DNA of 64,000 bases, taken from contig DATGLP010000002.1 in assembly GCA_035294085.1 (NCBI GenBank), positions 30,061 to 94,060 of the forward strand, given 5' to 3'. The translations under genes were made by a program, and so were the position numbers. The stretch's first letter is position 1, and every line of letters begins with the position of its first letter. Below the pieces are notes generated by a model. The model was not told where the DNA came from. It made no database searches and saw nothing but the letters and a program-made list of their open reading frames with translations. This DNA is from Acidimicrobiales bacterium. GTDB taxonomy: Bacteria > Actinomycetota > Acidimicrobiia > Acidimicrobiales > Bog-793. Positions 1-7,828 of this stretch are shown piece after piece.

Positions 1-503
1 CGTGCGGCGCGCGTCGCCTCGAGCTGCGGGCCGAGCTGCGCCTTCGCGCGCGCCTCCTTCTCGAGGCGGGCGAGGCGGCGATCGACGGTCTCGAGGTCGG
101 CGAGGACGAGCTCGAGGTTGACGGTCGCGATGTCCTCGGCGGGGTCGACCCGGCCTTCGACGTGGACGACGTCCGCGTCGTCGAAGGCGCGCACGACCTG
201 GCAGATCGCGTCGACCTCGCGGATCGCGGCGAGGAAGCGGTTCCCGAGCCCCTCGCCCCTCGAGGCTCCGCGCACGAGGCCAGCGATGTCCACGAAGCGC
301 ACGGTGGCCGGGACGATCCGCTCGCTTCGGTAGAGGGCGGCGAGGCGCTCGAGGCGATCGTCGGGCAGGGCGACGACCCCGACGTTGGGGTCGATCGTGG
401 CGAAGGGGTAGTTCGCGGCGAGCGCCTCGGCGCGGGTCAGCGCGTTGAACAGCGTGGACTTCCCGACGTTCGGGAGTCCGACGATGCCGATCGACAGGGC
501 CAC
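1..503 (-). CDS. ychF: Ribosome-binding ATPase YchF (Obg-like GTPase family), N-terminal part; 3' end lies outside the window
   Basis: Reverse-strand translation from GTG (503-501): [23 protein letters not shown] (P-loop), ..[10 protein letters not shown].., ..[24 protein letters not shown].. AGGAGG lies 5 nt upstream of the GTG. Absent from the ORF track because it runs off the window. Confidence 0.9.
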   Translation of the reverse strand, partial: MALSIGIVGLPNVGKSTLFNALTRAEALAANYPFATIDPNVGVVALPDDRLERLAALYRSERIVPATVRFVDIAGLVRGASRGEGLGNRFLAAIREVDAICQVVRAFDDADVVHVEGRVDPAEDIATVNLELVLADLETVDRRLARLEKEARAKAQLGPQLEATRAA

Positions 504-531
504 GCGCGCCTCCTTGGGGCTCTCGCCCAGC

Positions 532-939
532 CTACGGCTGCTGCGCTCGCCGTCCCTCGGGGGACCGACCGGCGCTCGCCTCGCGCCGGCGGCGCTCGTC
601 CTCGGCGGCCAGGCCGGCGAGGTAGGCGTTGTAGGCGGCGAGCTCGAGGTCGACGGGGTCGGGCGCACCGGCGGGGGCGTCGTCGTCGGCCGCCTCGGGC
701 GGCGTGCCGTCCTCGTGCAGCAGCCGCCACCACATGAACAGCGCGTAGCACGCGAACAGCGGCCACTCGAACGTGTAGGCCCAGCTGAGGGAGTTCCCGC
801 CGAGGGCGCGGTGCAGCTGCCAGTCGGTGAGCCAGGCGAAGGTCGGCAGGCACGCACCGAGCGCGACGTGCAGGCCGATCGCCCGCCTCGACAGCCACCG
901 CGAGCGCACGCCGCCAGGGTACCGGCGGTGAGCGGCCAC
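532..939 (-). CDS. Small integral membrane protein, function unknown
   Basis: 3' part of ORF-track frame 532..1473. From GTG at 939: [49 protein letters not shown] (two hydrophobic helices) plus an acidic tail. Ends 28 nt upstream of ychF on the same strand. Start choice uncertain. Confidence 0.5.
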   Translation of the reverse strand: MAAHRRYPGGVRSRWLSRRAIGLHVALGACLPTFAWLTDWQLHRALGGNSLSWAYTFEWPLFACYALFMWWRLLHEDGTPPEAADDDAPAGAPDPVDLELAAYNAYLAGLAAEDERRRREASAGRSPEGRRAQQP

Positions 940-965
940 GTCGGGCTGCCGACGGCGAGCGGGCC

Positions 966-1235
966 GTGCCGACGCTAGCCTCGGGCGCGGTGCCAGCCTG
1001 GACGGAGCCGCAGGACGCGCCGGATGGGCGCGAGCCCGTCGGCGACGACCCGCTCGCCGACGCGAGGCGCATCGTCCACGAGCTCGAGGCCGAGCTGGAC
1101 CGCATCGAGGCGGAACTCGCCAGCCTCGAGCGCGAGCAGGCCGTCTGCGAGGTCTGCGCCACGCCGCTCGACGCCACCGAGACCGCTGGCGTGAGCCGCT
1201 GCGAGCGCCACGCCGTGCCGCCGCCCGCTCGCTAG
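966..1235 (+). CDS. Small hypothetical protein with coiled-coil segment and C-x2-C...C-x2-H motif (TraR/DksA-like zinc finger, tentative)
   Basis: 89-aa ORF, GTG start, GC3 near saturation. ..[46 protein letters not shown]. No stronger match recognisable by eye. Confidence 0.4.
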   Translation: MPTLASGAVPAWTEPQDAPDGREPVGDDPLADARRIVHELEAELDRIEAELASLEREQAVCEVCATPLDATETAGVSRCERHAVPPPAR

Positions 1236-1253
1236 GCGCGCCCCGGCGACGCC

Positions 1254-1454
1254 TCAGGCCGCGGTGGCGTGTCCGGGGTGGGCGGGGCCGTTGTCGGGGC
1301 GCGCTGGCGGGCCCTCGGGCGCGCTCCCGGTCAGCTCGAGCGCGAGCTGCGCGGCCGTGCGCAGCCCGGGGTGCAGGCGCAGGGGGGCAGGCTCGCACGC
1401 CAGCAGGTACGAGGGCGGCTCGCCGCCCGCTCCTCTCGGTCGCCGGATCCGCAT
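1254..1454 (-). CDS. Hypothetical 66-aa protein
   Basis: ATG preceded by GAAGGGGGG (SD-like) 4-5 nt upstream. GC3 almost 100% in this frame. No recognisable motif. Confidence 0.3.
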   Translation of the reverse strand: MRIRRPRGAGGEPPSYLLACEPAPLRLHPGLRTAAQLALELTGSAPEGPPARPDNGPAHPGHATAA

Positions 1455-1624
1455 GGGGCCCCCCTTCGCTCACCCGTCCACCCAGAGCGAGCCACGGCGG
1501 CCGGGGGCGCCGGTAGGGCCGAAGGTCGCTCGCCGCGGGCGGGCGCCGGGTTGCCTCGCGCCGTACGGGTCAGGCAGAGGTCGAAGGGTCGCCACCGGCG
1601 CCGGCGGGCCCGGCGGTCCCGAGC

Positions 1625-1667
1625 CGCGGCCGCCGGCTGGCGTCGACGGGGCCGACCGGCGGCCGCG
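1625..1667 (-). terminator. Stem-loop 11-12 nt downstream of sodN stop (terminator-like, no U-tract)
   Basis: Perfect inverted repeat GCGGCCGCCGG (1626-1636) / CCGGCGGCCGC (1656-1666), extendable to 12 bp, with a 19-nt loop. No T-run follows on the sodN strand. Confidence 0.35.
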
Positions 1668-1677
1668 CCAGGTTGGG

Positions 1678-2097
1678 CTAGGCCTTCTTCGTCTCCCAGA
1701 AGATGCGGTCGATCTCGGCGATCTCGTCGAGCAGGCGGGTGCCCACCGCGACGTCGTTCGTCTTCTTCGCCTCGCCCGCGGACTTCGTCGCCTTCCAGAA
1801 CAGCTCGTGGAGCTGGGGGTACCGCTCGAGGTGCTCCGGCTTGAAGTAGTCGGTCCACAGCACCCACAGGTGGTGCTTCACGAGCTCGGCGCGCTGCTCT
1901 TTGATCGTGACCGCCCGCTCCTTGAACACCGGGTCGTCCGAGGCGTGGTACTTCTCCATGATCGCCTTGACCGACTCCGCCTCGATCCTCGCCTGCGCGG
2001 GGTCGTAGACGCCGCAGGGCAGGTCGCAGTGGGCGTGCACGACGCTCGGGGTGCGCGCCCGGTCGAGCAGCTGCAGGAGGCGTGAGGTGAGATGCAT
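1678..2097 (-). CDS. sodN: Nickel-containing superoxide dismutase precursor
   Basis: MHLTSRLLQLLDRARTPSVVHA|HCDLPCGVYDPAQARIEAESVKA...IFWETKKA. HCDLPCGVYDP is the Ni-hook, and the rest is colinear with Streptomyces NiSOD as I recall it. AAGGAG lies 7 nt upstream of the ATG. Confidence 0.95.
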   Translation of the reverse strand: MHLTSRLLQLLDRARTPSVVHAHCDLPCGVYDPAQARIEAESVKAIMEKYHASDDPVFKERAVTIKEQRAELVKHHLWVLWTDYFKPEHLERYPQLHELFWKATKSAGEAKKTNDVAVGTRLLDEIAEIDRIFWETKKA

Positions 2098-2203
2098 GCG
2101 TCGACTCCTTCGATCGCAGGTACCTGAGCGTCGCCAGCGACGCGGCCGGACCGCCGGCGTCGGCGAACGGGTCAACATTACCGGTCCCCACCCCGCTCGC
2201 CTC

Positions 2204-2626
2204 GTGGCCGCGTCGCTGCTGGCCGGGATCGGCGCCACCGTGGCCTGGCTCGCCGGCCGGCGCGTCGAGGTGCGCGGCCCGAGCATGCTTCCGACGCTCG
2301 CGGACGGCGAGCGCCTCCTCGTGCGCCGCACGCGGCGCGTGCGCCCGGGGGACCTCGTCGTCGTGCGCGACCCCGACGACCCGGGACGTCTCCTCGTGAA
2401 GCGGCTGCTCGCCCGCGAGGGCTCGAGGCTGTGGCTCGGTGGCGACAACCCCCGCGCGAGCCGCGACAGCCGCGCCTTCGGGCCCGTCGGGCGAGACCTG
2501 CTCGTCGGCGTCGCCTGGTACCGGTACGCGCCGAGCTCGGCAGCGGGCCGGCTGGCGCGCCCGGCGCGCGAGCCGCGCGGCGAGCGAGCCCAAGGGCGGC
2601 GGGGGGCGCTCCCCGGTACGCTGTAG
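2204..2626 (+). CDS. sodX: NiSOD maturation endopeptidase SodX (S26 signal-peptidase family)
   Basis: TM helix (VAASLLAGIGATVAWLAG), then GPSMLPTL (catalytic Ser box), ..LVKRLL.. (Lys box), ..GDNPRASRDSRAFGPV. Divergent from sodN. Start uncertain: GTG 2204 preferred because GC3 of codons 2096-2130 is non-coding-like; the alternative is ATG 2096. Confidence 0.8.
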   Translation: MAASLLAGIGATVAWLAGRRVEVRGPSMLPTLADGERLLVRRTRRVRPGDLVVVRDPDDPGRLLVKRLLAREGSRLWLGGDNPRASRDSRAFGPVGRDLLVGVAWYRYAPSSAAGRLARPAREPRGERAQGRRGALPGTL

Positions 2627-2632
2627 CGTCCC

Positions 2633-3886
2633 ATGCGCAGGGTGGCGATGCTCTCCATGCACACGTCGCCGCTCGCCCAGCCCGGAACGGGCGACGGCGG
2701 CGGCATGAACGTCTACGTGCGCGAGCTCTCCTCGGCGCTCGCGCGAGCCGGCGTCACCTGCGACGTCTACACGCGCGCGACGGCGCCGGGACAGCCGGCG
2801 TCGGTGGCCGTCGAGCCGGGGCTCACGGTCCACCACCTCGTCGCCGGTCCGCCCGCCGAGGTGCCCAAGGGCCGTCTGCACACCCTCGTCGACGCCTTCG
2901 CGCAGGCGGTCGAGGCGGCGATGGAGACCGCGGCGGAGAGCGGTGGTCCCGCCGAGGTGATCCACGCCAACTACTGGCTGTCGGGCGTGGCGGGCCACGC
3001 GCTCAAGCACCGCCTCGGCCTCCCGCTCGTCTCCACCTTCCACACCCTCGACCGGGTGAAGGCGGAGGCGAGCCCGGAGGAGCTCGACCCCGAGGCGCCA
3101 GGCCGGCGGGCGAACGCCGAGGCAGCCGTGATCGAGTGCTCGGACGCCGTCCTCGCGTCGTGCACCGTCGAGGTGGACCAGCTCGTCGACCTCTACGGGG
3201 CCGACCCCGGGCGCGTCGAGGTGGTCGCGCCCGGCGTCGACCACGCCTTCTTCTCCCCGGGCGACAAGGCGCAGGCGCGCCGCGCCCTGCGACTCGAGGA
3301 GCGTGCGCCGATCCTCCTCTTCGTCGGCCGGATCCAGCCGCTCAAGGCGGCGGACGTGGCGCTGCGGGTCCTCGCGGCCCTCCGGGCGGGCGGCCTCGAC
3401 GGCGCTCGTCTCGTCGTCGTCGGCGGGCCGAGCGGGCCGCGCGGCGAGGAGGAGTACGTGGCGCTGCGCGGGCTCGCCGTCGCGCTCGGCCTCGAGGCGG
3501 CGGTCTCCTTCGTCGCGCCCCAGCCCCACGAGCTCCTCTCCACCTACTACCGGGCGGCCGACTGCTGCATCGTGCCCAGCCGCTCGGAGTCGTTCGGGCT
3601 CGTCGCCCTCGAGGCGGCCGCCTGCGGCACGCCGGTCGTCGCCGCCGCCGTCGGCGGGCTCACGACGCTCGTCGAGCACGGCCGCACCGGGTACCTCGTC
3701 GAGCGGGGCGACGTCGCCGGCTTCAGCGCGGCGGTGGAGGCGGTCCTCAGCCGGCCGTCCCTCGCCGCCGCCCTCGGCGAGCGCGCGGCGCGTGTCGCCA
3801 GGCGCTACACGTGGCCGACGGCCGCGGCGCGCCTCGCCTCGCTCTACGAGGACCTCGCGGCGCGCACGCTCGTCGAGTGCGCCTGA
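2633..3886 (+). CDS. mshA: D-inositol-3-phosphate glycosyltransferase (mycothiol biosynthesis, GT4)
   Basis: MRRVAMLSMHTSPLAQPGTGDGGGMNVYVRELS... is a typical MshA N-terminus. C-terminal GT4 motifs are present (..VPSRSESFGLVALEAAACGTPVVA..). Confidence 0.85.
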   Translation: MRRVAMLSMHTSPLAQPGTGDGGGMNVYVRELSSALARAGVTCDVYTRATAPGQPASVAVEPGLTVHHLVAGPPAEVPKGRLHTLVDAFAQAVEAAMETAAESGGPAEVIHANYWLSGVAGHALKHRLGLPLVSTFHTLDRVKAEASPEELDPEAPGRRANAEAAVIECSDAVLASCTVEVDQLVDLYGADPGRVEVVAPGVDHAFFSPGDKAQARRALRLEERAPILLFVGRIQPLKAADVALRVLAALRAGGLDGARLVVVGGPSGPRGEEEYVALRGLAVALGLEAAVSFVAPQPHELLSTYYRAADCCIVPSRSESFGLVALEAAACGTPVVAAAVGGLTTLVEHGRTGYLVERGDVAGFSAAVEAVLSRPSLAAALGERAARVARRYTWPTAAARLASLYEDLAARTLVECA

Positions 3887-3905
3887 GCGCCTAGCCTTCC
3901 CCGGC

Positions 3906-4700
3906 GTGCGGCGCGTCCTCGTGGTCGGTGGCGGTCGGATGGGCAGCGCGCTGCTCGGCGGCCTGCTCCGGGCGGGCTGGGCCGCGCCCGGCGAGTGCGC
4001 CGTGCTCGAGCGCCGGCCGGAGGCTCGTAGCGCCCTCGCGGCTCGCTTCGCCGGGGTCGCGGTCGTCGAGGCGCCCGTCGCGGCCGAAGCCGCCGTCCTC
4101 GCCGTCAAGCCGGACGACGCGAGGGGCGCGTGCGCGCTCGTGCGCTCCGGCGGGTACCGCCGGGTCCTCTCCGTCGTCGCGGGCGTGCGCCTCGCCACGC
4201 TCGAGGCATGGCTGGGGCCGCAGACGGCCGTCGTCCGGGCCATGCCGAACACGCCGGCGCTCGTCGGGGCCTCCGCGTCGGTGGTCGCGGGGGGCAGCGC
4301 GGCGACCGAGGAGGACCTCGCCTGGGCCGAGGAGGTCCTCTCGGCGATCGGCGTCGTCGTACGCCTGGACGAGCGGCTCGTCGACGCGGCGACGGGGCTG
4401 TCGGGCTCCGGGCCCGCCTACCTGTTCCTCGTCGCGGAGGCGCTCATCGACGCCGGCGTGCTCGCGGGTCTCGACCGGGACGTCGCGCGCACCCTCGCGC
4501 TCCAGACGATCCTCGGCGCGGGCCGCCTGCTCACCGAGAGCGGCGAGTCGCCCGAGGCGCTGCGCGCCGCGGTGACCTCGCCCGGCGGGACGACCGCCGC
4601 GGCGCTGCGCGTCCTCGAGGAGCGCTCCGTGCGCTCCGCGTTCCTCGAGGCGGTCCTCGCCGCGGCGCGCCGCGCCGAGGAGCTCGGCGGCGCCGGCTAG
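3906..4700 (+). CDS. proC: Pyrroline-5-carboxylate reductase
   Basis: GTG 3906: VRRVLVVGGGRMGSALLGGL (Rossmann), ..VVRAMPNTPALVG.., ..GLSGSGPAYLFLVAEAL.., ..VTSPGGTTAAAL.. Confidence 0.9.
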   Translation: MRRVLVVGGGRMGSALLGGLLRAGWAAPGECAVLERRPEARSALAARFAGVAVVEAPVAAEAAVLAVKPDDARGACALVRSGGYRRVLSVVAGVRLATLEAWLGPQTAVVRAMPNTPALVGASASVVAGGSAATEEDLAWAEEVLSAIGVVVRLDERLVDAATGLSGSGPAYLFLVAEALIDAGVLAGLDRDVARTLALQTILGAGRLLTESGESPEALRAAVTSPGGTTAAALRVLEERSVRSAFLEAVLAAARRAEELGGAG

Positions 4701-4773
4701 CGGCCGGTGCCCGCCGCGCCACCCCACTTCCCCCACGAACCCCACTGGCCTACAGTGCAAGCGGCGGAGAGGG

Positions 4774-4977
4774 GTGATCGAACTGACCGTCCACTACACG
4801 AAGTCGCAGTTCATGACGGTTGCCGAGGTGGCGCGGGTGCTGCGCGTCTCGAACATGACCGTCTACCGTCTCATCAGCTCGGGCCAGCTCGCGGCCGTGC
4901 GCGTCGGCAAGTCCTACCGGCTGCGGGAGGAGGACGTCGACCGCTACCTCGCGGCGCGCTTCACCGAGGCGGGCTGA
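4774..4977 (+). CDS. Small excisionase/MerR-type helix-turn-helix DNA-binding protein (Rv0500A-like position downstream of proC)
   Basis: ..MTVAEVARVLRVSNMTVYRLISSGQLAAVRVGKSYRLREEDVDRYL.. (HTH_17-like). GGAGAGGGG lies upstream of GTG 4774; an internal ATG at 4813 is an alternative start. Confidence 0.75.
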   Translation: MIELTVHYTKSQFMTVAEVARVLRVSNMTVYRLISSGQLAAVRVGKSYRLREEDVDRYLAARFTEAG

Positions 4978-5645
4978 GCAGCGCCCACCGGGCGCGTCGA
5001 CGCGACGACGAGGAAGCCGGCGAAGATCACGGCGACGCCGACGCCGAGCGCGACGGCGAACGCCGTCATGGCGCCGAACGCCGAGTTGGCGACGCCACTC
5101 GCGCCCGTGATGAGCGTGCCGGCGGCGATCAGCACGTTGCCGACGGCGACGGGGCCGCGCCGCCGGCGCGCCGCGCTGAGGATGGTGCCGGCGAGGATCA
5201 CGGCCGTGCCGCCCCCCGAGCCGACGCCCGCGAGGGCGCGCGGCAGCGGGCCGAGCACGGCGGAGCCCTGCGGCAGGCCGTGGGCGGGCAGGGGGTGCGT
5301 GAAGGGCGCGGTGGCCATGACGACGGCGGCCGCGACGGTCCACGCGGCGACGCCGAGGGCGAACCAGTCGCCGACGCGCGTTCGCAGGTGCAGGTAGACG
5401 GTGCCGAGCGCGAGCACGGGAACGTCGACGATCGCCCCGACGAGGTAGAAGAGGCGGAACGTCGGGCCGTCGAAGCCGCTCGTCGAGCCGAGGGCGAGGG
5501 CGCCCGACGCCAGGGCGAAGGCGAGGAACGCGAGCGCGAAGGCGAGCTCGTGGCGGGCCCGCCGGGTGAGGTAGCGCTCGAAGGTCGACAGCGACAGGCA
5601 GAGCGCGACGAGCGTCGCGGCGACGGCGGCCACCGAGGCGGTCAT
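4944..5645 (-). CDS. Polytopic integral membrane protein, function unknown
   Basis: 233-aa ORF with about 6-7 hydrophobic segments (..VAAVAATLVALCLSL.., ..FRLFYLVGAIVDVPVLALG.., ..AVALGVGVAVIFAGFLVV..). Its 3' end overlaps the convergent HTH gene by 34 nt. Confidence 0.6.
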   Translation of the reverse strand: MTASVAAVAATLVALCLSLSTFERYLTRRARHELAFALAFLAFALASGALALGSTSGFDGPTFRLFYLVGAIVDVPVLALGTVYLHLRTRVGDWFALGVAAWTVAAAVVMATAPFTHPLPAHGLPQGSAVLGPLPRALAGVGSGGGTAVILAGTILSAARRRRGPVAVGNVLIAAGTLITGASGVANSAFGAMTAFAVALGVGVAVIFAGFLVVASTRPVGAAQPASVKRAAR

Positions 5646-5648
5646 CGG

Positions 5649-5686
5649 GGCGAGTCTACGGAGAAGCGGCGAGTCTACGGAGAAGC
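5649..5686. repeat. Perfect 19-bp tandem direct repeat (x2) in the divergent intergenic region upstream of rex
   Basis: GGCGAGTCTACGGAGAAGC at 5649-5667 is repeated exactly at 5668-5686. The repeat starts 4 nt from the ATG (5645) of the membrane-protein gene and ends 67 nt before the rex GTG. Confidence 0.9.
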
Positions 5687-5752
5687 CTTGTCGCCAGGGC
5701 GAGCGGCCCGGTAGCGTCGGCGCCCGTCGAGGCCGAGGGGGGAGCGCGCTGG

Positions 5753-6430
5753 GTGCGGGGGATCCCCGGAGTCGCGGTCGTCCGGCTCGCCGCCTACCGG
5801 CGGGAGCTCGCCGACCTTCTCCGACGGGAGGAGGCGACCGTGTCGTCCTCCGAGCTCGCCTCGCGCCTCGGCGTCAACGCCGCCACGGTCCGGCGCGACC
5901 TCTCGCGCCTCGGCAGCTACGGGCTACGAGGCACCGGCTACGACGTCGCGCACCTCCTCGCGCGGGTGGACGCCGCCCTCGCGCTGGACCGGGACTGGCC
6001 CGTCGCGATCGTGGGCGTCGGCAACCTGGGTCGCGCGCTCGCGGGCTCGAGGGGCTTCACCTCGGACGGCTTCCGCGTCGTCGCCCTCGTCGACGTCGAT
6101 CCCAGGGTCGTCGGCTCGCGCGTCGGTACCACGCTCGTCGAGCACCTCGACGACCTCCCGGCGATCGTGGCGCGCGAGCACGTCGCGATCGGCATCGTGG
6201 CGACGCCGGCGAGCGCCGCGCAGCACGTCGTGTGGCGCCTCGCCGAGGCCGGCGTCCGCTCGATCCTCAACTTCGCGCCGGCGCACCTCGAGGTGCCCGA
6301 GGGGGTCGCCGTGCGCCACGTCGACCTCGCGGTCGAGCTCCAGGTCCTCGCCTACTTCGGCGCCCACGGCGAGGCGCGCCGGCTCGACCGGTCGAGGCCC
6401 CGACCGGCGGCTGCGGCCGGGCCTCGCTAA
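5753..6430 (+). CDS. rex: Redox-sensing transcriptional repressor Rex
   Basis: VRGIPGVAVVRLAAYRREL.. (winged helix), ..LGSYGLRGTGYDV.., ..VAIVGVGNLGRALA (NADH Rossmann), ..SILNFAP... Followed by hemA as in the Streptomyces rex-hem operon. Confidence 0.9.
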   Translation: MRGIPGVAVVRLAAYRRELADLLRREEATVSSSELASRLGVNAATVRRDLSRLGSYGLRGTGYDVAHLLARVDAALALDRDWPVAIVGVGNLGRALAGSRGFTSDGFRVVALVDVDPRVVGSRVGTTLVEHLDDLPAIVAREHVAIGIVATPASAAQHVVWRLAEAGVRSILNFAPAHLEVPEGVAVRHVDLAVELQVLAYFGAHGEARRLDRSRPRPAAAAGPR

Positions 6431-6523
6431 CCTCGGAGGTGATTGCCGGCCCCCGGGGGCAGCGCGCGTGGCCCCGGGGACCTGCGCCAACGACGCGCTC
6501 GGGACCGGCGGGAGGAGGTAGGC

Positions 6524-7798
6524 GTGTCGCTCGTCGTCGTCGGCGTCCACGAGCGCCGCGTCCCCCTCGACGTGTTCGAGCGCCTGGCCATTGGCGACTC
6601 CGACCTGCCGAAGGCACTCGAGCGGCTGTGCGACAGCCCGCACCTCTCGGAGGCCGTCGTCGTCTCGACCTGCATGCGCACCGAGGTCTACGCGGTGCTC
6701 GAGCGCTTCCACGACGGCCTCGCCGACATCCTCGCCTTCTTCGAGAGCCGCCTCGGCGCCTCGCCGGCGGCCGCCTCGCTCGGCGAGCACCTCCTCGTGG
6801 CCTACGACGATGCCGCGGCGCGCCACCTCTTCGAGGTGGCGGCTGGCGCGGACTCGGCCGTGCTGGGGGAGGGGGAGGTGCTCCGCCAGGTGCGCCGGGC
6901 CGGCGAGCGGGCGCTGCGCGAGCGGGCCGCCGGCCCCGTGCTCGCCGCGCTGTTCCGCCACGCCGTCGAGGCCGGCAAGCGCGTGCGCTCGGAGACGGGC
7001 ATCGCCCGGGGGACCACCTCCCTCGCGCACGTGGCCGTGGCGCTGGCGCGCCAGGGGCTCGGGGGGTCGCTCGAGGGCCGGCGGGCGCTCGTCATCGGTG
7101 CCGGCGAGATGGGGCAGGCGATCGCCGCCGCGCTCGCGCAGGAGCGCCCGGCGCCGGCGATCACCCTCGCGAACCGATCGACGGCGCGCGCGGCCCAGCT
7201 CGCGCAGCGACTCGGGGCACGCCACGTCGGGCTGGCGCGCCTTCGCGCCGAGCTCGCCGACGCCGACGTCGTCGTCACCGCCACCGCGGCCGGCGAGGTC
7301 CTCGTCGAGGAGGCCGACGTCGCCGGCGTGCTGGCGGAGCGGGCCGGACGGCCCCTCCTCGTCGTCGACGCGGCCGTGCCGCGTGACGTCGACCCCGCCG
7401 TCGGGTCGCTGCCCGGCGTGACCCTCCTCGACCTCGCCGCGCTCACGGCCTTCGCCGACGAGGGGCGGGCCGCGCGTCGCGCCGAGCTCGCGAGCGTCGA
7501 GCGCGTGATCGACGAGGAGCTCGAGCGCTACCGGATGAGCGCGCGCCAGCGCACGGTGGCGCCGGTCGTGGCCCAGCTCCGTGCGCGCGCCGAGCAGGTG
7601 CGCCTCGCGGAGCTCGAGCGGCTGTACCCGCTGCTCGAGCGGCTCGCCCCCGAGGAGCGCGCCAGCGTCGAGGCCCTGAGCCGGCGCATCGTCGCCAAGC
7701 TCCTCCACGCCCCGACGGTCGAGCTGAAGCGCGCCGCGGGGACGCCGAAGGGCCAGCGCCTCGCGGAGGCGCTGCGCACGTTGTTCGAGCTCTCCTGA
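6524..7798 (+). CDS. hemA: Glutamyl-tRNA reductase
   Basis: GTG 6524 preceded by GGAGGAGG: VSLVVVGVHERRVPLDVFERL..VVVSTCMRTEVYAV (catalytic Cys), ..ALVIGAGEMGQAIA (NADPH site). Confidence 0.9.
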   Translation: MSLVVVGVHERRVPLDVFERLAIGDSDLPKALERLCDSPHLSEAVVVSTCMRTEVYAVLERFHDGLADILAFFESRLGASPAAASLGEHLLVAYDDAAARHLFEVAAGADSAVLGEGEVLRQVRRAGERALRERAAGPVLAALFRHAVEAGKRVRSETGIARGTTSLAHVAVALARQGLGGSLEGRRALVIGAGEMGQAIAAALAQERPAPAITLANRSTARAAQLAQRLGARHVGLARLRAELADADVVVTATAAGEVLVEEADVAGVLAERAGRPLLVVDAAVPRDVDPAVGSLPGVTLLDLAALTAFADEGRAARRAELASVERVIDEELERYRMSARQRTVAPVVAQLRARAEQVRLAELERLYPLLERLAPEERASVEALSRRIVAKLLHAPTVELKRAAGTPKGQRLAEALRTLFELS

Positions 7799-7828
7799 GA
7801 TGACCGCGCGGTCCGCGCGACGCGCGCG

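Noticed and set aside
2096-2203. ATG at 2096 as the sodX start (as implied by the track ORF 2051..2626).
   Set aside because: - The first ~12 codons have non-coding-like third positions, against near-saturated GC3 in real genes here.
- It would overlap the sodN start codon on the other strand and leave no promoter space.
- It is kept only as an alternative in the feature note.
1331-4252. Very long ORFs in the track with Arg/Ala/Gly/Pro-rich translations: 1331..4252 (973 aa), 5924..8623, 7528..10128, 9302..11287, 11077..13107, 13076..14986, 18183..21113, 19294..23310 (upstream part), 30850..34056, 30900..34214, 42041..45355, 45970..51498 (1842 aa), 53186..55786, 53491..56670, 60106..63651.
   Set aside because: - They run antisense to, or out of frame with, genes that have unmistakable conserved motifs (nuo, hem, rpoBC, etc.).
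- Their products are low-complexity.
- Stop-codon scarcity in >70% GC DNA generates such shadow ORFs routinely.
5646-5752. Canonical Rex operator (TGTGAA...TTCACA-type palindrome) upstream of rex-hemA, and also upstream of nuoA (13815-13924).
   Set aside because: Only an isolated TGTGA half-site (around 13883) was seen before nuoA, and nothing before rex. It cannot be called by eye, and a matrix search is needed.
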